Shown piece after piece: positions 54,489-64,000 of a stretch of 64,000 nucleotides of DNA. The translations under genes and the position numbers were made by a program. Location of the stretch: NCBI RefSeq assembly GCF_009914755.1, contig NC_060928.1; one strand, written 5' to 3'. Within the stretch, counting starts at the first letter, position 1, and each line of letters opens with the position of its first letter. The notes under the pieces were generated by a model that made no database searches, was not told where the DNA came from, and saw only the letters and a list, made by a program, of their open reading frames with translations. Source of the DNA: the human T2T-CHM13v2.0 reference genome, Homo sapiens.

Positions 54489-54531
<43 letters not shown>
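54187..54531 (+). mobile_element. Internally deleted AluJ with duplicated 3' end and (CA)n tail
   Basis: Right arm has deletions; gaccctgtctaaaacacacacacac occurs at 54440 and 54479, followed by (CA)~20. Confidence 0.88.
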
Positions 54532-54534
<3 letters not shown>

Positions 54535-57030
54535 TAATTTTTAAAAGCTGTACCTTATTTTTCAACAAGGGACTTAATGTTGTTTGTACTGGCTTGGATC
54601 TTAATCTGGAACCTGGCTTTATTGATTTACACCTGTTTTAATTCATTCAACACAGAATGAGTTCCTACCACATGCCAGGTATGCTACAAGGTGCAAAAGA
54701 AACAAAAAGAAGAGCAAAATGAGGTCCTATGAGAAGACAGTTAAATAAAAGAGTAACTTATTCCTTGGACCAGCAGAGAGAGAGGAAAAGAAGGGCACCT
54801 GTTTGAGAAGGGAAACAGCATTTTAACAACTAGGTACTTTAATAATTATTTTCCATTTATTGTATAAGTATCTTTTACACAAAGACCAAACAAATCCTTT
54901 CTTCAGTTATGAGTTCCTGCTTGAATTTTATAATGCAACATGTAATAAAGTGATTTTAAAAAAATAAATGTCAATTCATTTTGTGAAAAAAAAAAACAAA
55001 AAAAAACAGGGAGAAGAGGATATGCAAGAAAAATGGCGAGTTATACGGATGAGTTAATTTTATCTTCTTCCTGTTAATATTTTCTAATGTTTCTAGAAGA
55101 AATATACATGTATTATATAAAAATATTTTTTAAACCAACGTGTATAAAGGGTTAATCTGAAGCATATAAGGAGAACTTAAGGAATTTCAGAAATGTAAAA
55201 GCAACCTTTAAAAGTTAAGAGTGACTTACAGGTTTTCATAGGCTGAATAACAACTGCCTAAAGCTCTTGTACTGCAAAGTGTGTTCCAGCAAGAAGACAA
55301 GGCACTATTCAATGATTAAAATGTCAGTTGAAATGACTAAGCCTCATGCCAAACTCCTTAAAGCACTCCCTTGCTAAAGAAGGAATGGAATGAGATTCCT
55401 CCTGTTACAGTCAAGCACTACATTGGTCTCTGTATAAACAGAACTCTCTCCAAAGAGACAGTTGTCTCTGGAGTCCTAGAATGCACACAGCTGGTGGAAG
55501 GGCCAGTTTTCCTGTTTCTAAGGTTTGTTTAGGCACCTGTAAACAGATTATAAATACAGAAAACCGCAACTATTGCTCTCAAAATAAACCCTAAGAATCA
55601 TATGCAATTCAGTTCTACAAAAAGGAAGGTGTGTTTTACATGAACTGAATGCTGACTGAAGCAAATAAAAGTCCCATTGACTTTTTGGTCCCTGTGGTCA
55701 TGGACTGTATGTATAAGCTGCCCCCCTGCCCATCCATTCCCAAGTAGCATTTTCCTTTACTCCAGCCTCCACTTTTATCAAATTTTTAGAAACTTCTTTT
55801 TCTATTAAATTTTATTTCAATTACAAAGCAGTTCTTAAATTTTAATTCAAATCTTTAAACTTTAAAAATTGCAAACTGAAGACGAACTACTTACAAGCAG
55901 TGTTCAGCTACTTCTAATACCCAATTTGTTGCCAAAACCAATACCTGTAAGAACTCAGAAGCTTAAGTTAGGTCAAGCTAACCTAATCAGGAAGTGATTC
56001 ACGGACACTGATAACCTAGGAGAAACTTCAGATATGTCCTTTTATGCTAACGCTTCATATTAAATCAAACAGCCCTATCTAATAATCTAAATGCACTGCA
56101 AGATTTGATGTTAAACCTGGCTAAGAATCTTCGTTAAGGCAAAACATCAATTTGTAAATGCATATTAATCCCATAACTCCCGTTTTCTAAATTCAGGGTT
56201 TTTTTTTTTAATGAAGAACGGTGTATCATATAACGGAAGATTTCTAATTTTATATATGTTTTGAAATCACAAAAGAGGGCACACCTGTATGTATCAGGAT
56301 TCTAAAATTGAGAGGTAAGCAATCAAAACTCAACAAACCTCCTACAATACCCAGTATATGCTCAGAAACTGAACAATCTTAACCAAGATTTCTTAGTGGT
56401 AACTGTGGGGCAGACAAATGAAGTATTTAATATGCACTATTTTATGCAAACAGGAAACAAATCTCATAAAGTACTTTGAAAGAGAATTAAAACAGGAGGA
56501 AAACGGATTACTGCTAATTCATCACTTTAGAGACTATGAAGACAAATCTTGCTGGAGACATTAAAAGACTATATAAGAATAGATTGGCAAGTCTCAAATA
56601 ACTGTCATGTATCTACATTACTAAAAATTAAAGCACAGAACTGAAACAAGAAAAAATGAAAAATAGAGAATAACTGCAGTAGTTCTTATATTATCTCTGT
56701 CCTTAACTTTCTCTGAGAGCAAAGTTGTTCATTAAGAGAGCTGTTCTTTAACAAAGTAATAATAAACATTTCATTTTAAAGTGACATTTTCTTCTTTAAT
56801 ACTAACCATTAATAAAATAAAGTGATAACAGAAGATGTAGAATATGAAAATAAACATCACAGGGATATCAAGCAGTTGATGGTATTTGAAAAGCATATAT
56901 TCAAACTAACCACTAGAAAAAACAAATTCAAAAACACACAAGTGTTCATTATAACACACTAGTTGTAATTAAGTAGCAGGGTGGTTACTAAAATATACGT
57001 ATCGGAGAAGATAAAAATATAAATAAATAG

Positions 57031-57122
57031 CTAGGCGCAGTGGCTCATGCTGGTAATCCCAGCACTTTGTAAGGCCAATCTAGTAGGATCCTTGAGCCCA
57101 GGAGGTGGAGGCCAGCCTGGCC
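57031..57122 (+). mobile_element. Alu left-arm fragment followed by an AT-rich tract (57125-57380)
   Basis: ctaggcgcagtggctcatgctggtaatcccagcactttg...ggccagcctggcc, then an abrupt switch to AT-rich sequence. Confidence 0.85.
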
Positions 57123-57408
57123 TACTGTATTAATTTATTATAATATAATAATAAATAAATATTTATTATTGTAAATTAATGTAATAGAACATTATACAAT
57201 GTCATTATAGACAAATATATTCTATTATCACTTTATTTTATACATGTATAGCTATGTAAATATATTACATATATTGTCATTAATATCAATTATTGTATAT
57301 TATTGATATTATGTATTATATATGTTATTAATATATTATTACTTTTATATACATATTACATACATAAATATATATACATAGGCCTGCATATAAGAAATTA
57401 CAGGGGAA

Positions 57409-57732
57409 TGGCAAGGCTGCGGAGAAACAGGAACGCTTTTACACTGTTGAAGGGAATGTAAATTAGTTCAACCATTGGGAAAGACAGTGTGGCGATTCCT
57501 TAAGGATCTAGAACCAGAAATACAATTTGACCCAGCAATCCCATTACTTGGTATATACCCAAAGGAATATTAATTATTCTACTATAAAGACACATGCACA
57601 TATATGTTTACTGCAGCACTATTTACAATAGCAAAGACATGGAACCAATTCAAATGCCCATCAGTGATAGACTAGATAAAGAAAATGTGGTACACATACT
57701 CGATGGAATACTGGGCAGTCACAAAAAGGAAT
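57409..57732 (+). mobile_element. L1PA ORF2 3' fragment, truncated at both ends
   Basis: ggaacgcttttacactgttg...ttcaaccattg...ggatctagaaccagaaatac.atttgacccagcaatcccattac...ataaagaaaatgtgg; no 3' UTR or poly-A. Confidence 0.9.
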
Positions 57733-57805
57733 TACATGTGCCCTGTAATTTCTTCAGTGATTGGAACAGTAAAAGTACCTTTTGTTTAAAAAAATATTTA
57801 GGCTG

Positions 57806-58257
<452 letters not shown>

Positions 58258-60917
58258 TTATTTAGAAAACTGTCTGCTTTTTCCAAAACCTAAATACAAA
58301 TTCAACATGGGAAAAAAAAAAACATAGCATAGTACTTACAACACTGTTGCCATTCCTAAAGCTCAAATATTTCCAGCTCATGACAGTATCAGATATATGG
58401 GTTCAAAAGGAAAAGCATGTTATCAAGTCTACAGTTTAGAAGATGATTTTTGAAAAATGACTTTGTGCTAAACTCTTGGATTGAGATTGCCTTTTCATTC
58501 AGCAATTTATGAAAGAGGTGGTGAAGCAATCGTATATTTTTTCCCACTTATTTTACTACATTGGTTGGTTTGCTGTAGCAGGCTATTTGTTAAAATCTGA
58601 AACTCAAGAATTTTTTATAACGTGCCATCTAAAGAACTACTTCATAATTTTATAAATTCTCAATCAACCATAATTCACAGGCCCAGTAAACTAACCTGTT
58701 TACTGCTAACTGTACCCATTAATAGAAGACCATGAGTGTCTTCCAATGCTTTCATTACCTAATTGGAACAGGGAAATATCCCAAATATCCCAACACGACT
58801 GCAAATTTAAAGCCTCGATTAATTTAACCTAATACTGAAGACATTTGACAGATGCTCCCTTGATAAGCCTATTTTGAAATAATGCTGGCATATCCCTGGC
58901 TTTAATTATTGACCTTAAAAAAGAAATACAACTCAACAGACTAACACAATCTGTTCAAAAGAGACACGCAAAGGGGTACCAGTGTTGAGAAGCAAAGGCT
59001 AAGCCATCCTATTATGTTCTTCAATAAGATAAAACTAACAAATTCCAGTAATATAGCATATAACACAAACATGAAATCTGACTATGACTGAGTTTATCAT
59101 TGTTGGTGACACCACTGTGAAAACACTGAATAGGCTTTAATTACACACGACCGTTTCTGTAACATTTCTCTCTTCAGGCACCACTCCTCCCCTGCCCCTC
59201 TGGAAGGGAAGAAAAACACTCCCAAATACCTTTACAAAGGCACATGTGGTGGGCAGCCGACCTCTTACATGAACACTACCTCATAAAGCTCCAAGACCAC
59301 CGTAAGTTCTAAAGCATGGTGTTTGGTTATCTTAAATAATCAAACCAACGAATCAGCAAAGAACAAGAGTTAAAAGAGAGCAGTAAAGATCATCTAGTGC
59401 AACCCTCTAATTTTACAGACAAGGAAGTCCAGGGAATAAATGACTTCACAAGTTACTAGGTTGCAGAGCTTGAATCAAAGCCATAACTGGAACCCAAATC
59501 TCTTGAAATCTCAGCCTACGTTCGAGAGTGGCACCTAGTAGAGAGGTGCACGCTTGCATTAACACAAATCTCATAAGACTGAAATCGGCTTTTCTGATTG
59601 GTGAGGGAAATGGCTCACATTAGGAAAAGCAAAAGTCAATGATACTATCTCAGAGTTAATGATCTGCCAACCAGACCCTAAGAAAGCTTAAAAAATAATC
59701 GGCCTTACCTTAACATGGTATCAGTGACTTTGACCTAGGCACACATCTCAATCACTGGTCAAGAGTATCACCGAATTATTTCGGAATTGGAGAGGGAAAC
59801 AAGAGTGAATGTAGGTTTTATTCTCAGTCTGTTACTTCAAAGTATTGGCCTTATAATCAACCATCCTTACAGCATGCCTGTTAACTGTCCCAACTCAGCA
59901 TTTTAATAAATGTGTGACTTTGGCAATTTATTATACCTCTCTATATTTACTATTTATATCAATATTTATTATTCCTCTTATTTAAAAGTGGGAGATATAT
60001 GGGTTATAAGAATTACTATAAAAATAAAGGTATTTAATCTATTGAATCTATTTTGATGTTTGAGAAACTAAAGCAAAACCAAGATTTAAGAAGATTCTTA
60101 AAGAGGTATGACACCTTAATCCCTAACCTCTGTATTTCCAAGGATGCTATTATTCAAGACAGAAACTGGCTACTAACAGAAATCACACGATGATGGAAGC
60201 GGTGTTCGGAAGAGAACTTAGAATCACTTATTGTAGAGCCCAGGTGACATTCCTTATCAAGACAAGGGACCGGCATTAGCAGTGCTCTAAAGTGAAATAC
60301 ACACATACGTGCAGCACAGAAGAAAGTCAGAATCCACAGCAACGTTGTTCACTGAGACACATCGATGAGTTATTTCAACTGACAGCGTAAAGCATTTTTA
60401 ACCTGAAACAGTATGCATCAATACCGCTGAAGTGGCAGTGAGGTCTGCCACAAACTTTCCCTCCAGCCCCAAATGAAGAGCTACTTTTATAAAACGTTTC
60501 AAAGTTTCATTTCAAATATGAAAGGACAATAAAAACCAGGAAAAGTCAAATTAGGAATTTCTGGGACACAGAAAGGAACATTAGTCCACCTTTGCCTCCA
60601 TAACTATCTTTCCCCACTTATTTTCGTTACATTTTGTCACAACTACTTTCTCAGAACTGGTTACGGATCTATAAGTAAAGACTAACCAAGTTCAAAAGAA
60701 GTCATTGCTAGAAGATATCATGATTACCAAAATAAAAGTAAAGCATAATAGTTCGTGTTTAGTCACCAAATATATAAAATTATTAGTTGTCATATGGAGG
60801 CGATAAGGGACGTTGGATGATCTCCTTATCTAACAGCTGGGAAGAAAACCTAGGTTGCCACCCAGATTCAGGACTAGGAATCAGGCACCTCCTAAGATTT
60901 CTTTCAAAATATTATTA

Positions 60918-61367
<450 letters not shown>

Positions 61368-61779
61368 TTATTTCAAGGGTTTACATCCAAAAGAAAGTCT
61401 GTTAGCAAAGAGGACACTGGGTCTGGCAGGACATGGCCACTTAAAGAGGCAGCCCGGCAGATCAGAGGAGGATTTTCCTTCTTTTCTCCATGTCATCAGT
61501 GACTACAAACACCACTGAGGGCCCCAAGGGGGAACCAGGCAGAAAGCCTGGACTGGGATAAAACCTAGCGATGGGACTCCAGGACAGCAGGACAGTCAGC
61601 AGCAGGAAAAAGGAAGAGTGTGTGCCACAAAACGGAGTCCTCTCCTGTGGTAAGGCAGGGTCACTCCCGTGTAAGGGGCCCTGGACTGACTGCCCTGGTA
61701 TTCCTACCATTCCCTTCAGCCACAGACCACAGCCTCATGTCCTGGCCACGCACCTACCTTAACTACCTCATCCCAGACC

Positions 61780-62185
61780 TTCCACCATACAAGCTTGTGT
61801 TTCAGGGCTATTATTCCCTCTGATTAAAAATTGTCTTCAAATAGTTGGCTCTTCGTTCTTGTCATTCAGGTGACCACTCCATCTAAGGAGGCCATGCACA
61901 CCCTGCAAAAATCCTTAACACATGCCCTGTTTTCCTCCACAGCACCGCTCAGCTGAAACTGTGCGTTCTTTTCTTCTCATCTCCGTGTTGACTCGTGTCT
62001 CCTCTCTCCAGAAGAATAGCTCCAAGAAGGGCACAGCACCATCCACCTTGCAAACTGTGGAGTCCTGGGCTCCAAGAAGGGCACAGCACCGTCTACCTTG
62101 CAAACTGTGGAGTCCTGGGCACCTAGAGCAGGTTCTGGCATTCTAGAGGCGGTCAATAAACGTCAACTACCAGATGAATGAATGC
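61780..62185 (+). mobile_element. L2 LINE 3' fragment with an internal 50-bp duplication
   Basis: gctccaagaagggc...gcacctagagcaggttctggcattctagaggcggtcaataaacg...atgaatgaatg tail; duplication 62019-62120; 5' boundary approximate. Confidence 0.72.
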
Positions 62186-64000
62186 ATGGAAGGGCATTCA
62201 CCCAAGCCTTCTTTCACCCTCTCAAATCTTGCCTCTGTGAAATTTTCCGAAAGTTTTGCTTTCAAAGGCCACTCGTGATTTCTCCAAAGCCTTTTTCCTT
62301 CCAGGACCTACAGCAGGACTTGCAGCTGCTGACCTGCGGCCCCTGGAGCAGGCACACTTGCCACTCTTCTCCCTCCCACTCTCATTTCCCCACAACCTCC
62401 TCCTAGGGTTCTAGACTAGTCCAATACACGACTTCTCCCTGTGGTCATGGACCCATCAAGGATCACCAGAATGGAGAGCTTCATTCTGCTCCCTCTGGAG
62501 TTATTATTAATCCTTTTGGGTATCAGAGATCCCTATGAAAAATGTAAAAGTGGTTAAATTCCCTCAGTGATCCTTCCAAAAAGATTCAGAGGGAATTTTT
62601 TTTTAATCACAAAACATTGCATGTAATAGTTAACAAAACTGAGTTTTTCAGCTGTTTTTCAATAGCTACAAAACAGTAAGATTGCTACTTCATTAAATCC
62701 ACCGAGCCAACACACAGGCATTACATAATTCACTTATCCAAATAATTGAATAAGTAAATTAACAGTTTAAATAGAACTATAAACATATGCTTACCTACTG
62801 AATAAAATAAGCCAGGATTTTTCTTGTTTACTGTATTTAAGAATGTATTAAATCTGTAAGAAATTCTTCATTACATAGGAGTCTTAACTGCCAACTCAGG
62901 TCATTATGAACTATGGGTATTTGACAATATTAAACTACATTCTCTTGTTGTTTAATCGTCTCATCTAGACTGAATCTCCTCTCCAATTATAACTATATCC
63001 AATCCCAGATGAAGGTCTCACGGCACAGTTATAGGAGTGCTTCCGTGCTGGACCCTGGGAAGGGGATGCTTTAGAAGGGCCAGGACAGTATCTGCGAGGG
63101 GCTGAAGGTACTCTTGCAGATTTCCTGTCGGCTCTCGTAGGAGACGTAGGACCATGAACTGTGCTCCTCCCCGGGATGCACCTGCCTCCGCCCGAACACT
63201 GCCATGCACAGAAAATGGAACTGACGCTCGGCCCATTTTCAACAGAATGAAACAGCTACCACATTTCTTTAGGACACTTTAAATAATTACCATGTATTTT
63301 CTAAAGCAACTAACATTCCTCTCACAAGTGAATGACTGGATGTTAATCACTAACTTGGGGGATAAGAGGGAAAAAACAACCCCAAACTCCCTTTACCCCA
63401 CCAGTATTAACGCAGCACAGTGAAACACTTTCAGACACGTAATACAAACAGGGTAACAATTGTTTTAATTTAACAAATTTAAACAAAAACGGTCACCTCT
63501 GGATAGGGCGTAACATATTAAACAGAGGAGGCGTGGTTTTCATTTGCTACTCTGTTTAGTTTTGACTAACTGGAAATGCTCATCTCTTCTTATTTCGGCA
63601 ACTCCTTTTATGCCACAACCAAGTCATGAATTCAGGAAGGAAGCAGGCAAGTCTGATTTGTGCATGAAACATTATCTAAAGGGAAGAAAGTCAGCCAGTG
63701 CCCTCGCTAATCCCTTGGGCAAGAAAGGTAAAGTATACAGCCACAGTCTCAAAGCCAGAGTGACACAGGAGTAACCAGGAGCGCACATTCCTGCCTTATC
63801 TGGCGTTACTTTGATTCACCTCACCTTTCTTTCATGACAGGAAGGGCACTCCAAGGGCATTACACTGAGATCAAACAAAGCATTCCAGAAAGGCAAAGGC
63901 TCTTCTCACAGGGAAAGGAAGAATAAGTCTTACATTTCATGAATGAATAAGCTGTAACGAAACATTTCTATATCCTTAAATAAAATGTCCAATAGCTGAT

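Overview
This is eukaryotic, human-type genomic DNA with primate Alu and L1PA elements. It lies wholly inside the FAT1 atypical cadherin gene, transcribed on the minus strand; the gene identity and exon numbers come from recall of the FAT1 protein, not a database search. Eight coding exons with canonical GT-AG ends splice into one open cadherin-repeat frame: 42323-42009, 18492-18431, 15623-15294, 14944-14734, 12532-12393, 7472-7197, 7073-6863 and 484-1 (continuing beyond the window), i.e. exons 3-10. The rest is intron. It holds about 13 Alu pieces, a twin-primed 5'-inverted L1PA with a 17-bp TSD, older L1/L2/MIR fragments, MER21 and MLT1 LTRs, MER20/MER3/MER58/Tigger DNA transposons, three minisatellites (70-78, 56 and 60 bp units) and several short tandem duplications. 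The best leads are: a candidate 31-nt poison exon in intron 6, with its donor in a hairpin loop and a dense YGCY (MBNL-type) cluster upstream; a candidate 73-nt poison exon with four stacked donors; an L2-derived VNTR with 4-unit higher-order structure that makes a very large UCAU cluster in the pre-mRNA; E-boxes in the units of all three VNTRs; and a symmetric exon 3 between inverted Alus whose circle would have no stop codon. All functional claims are hypotheses from sequence alone.
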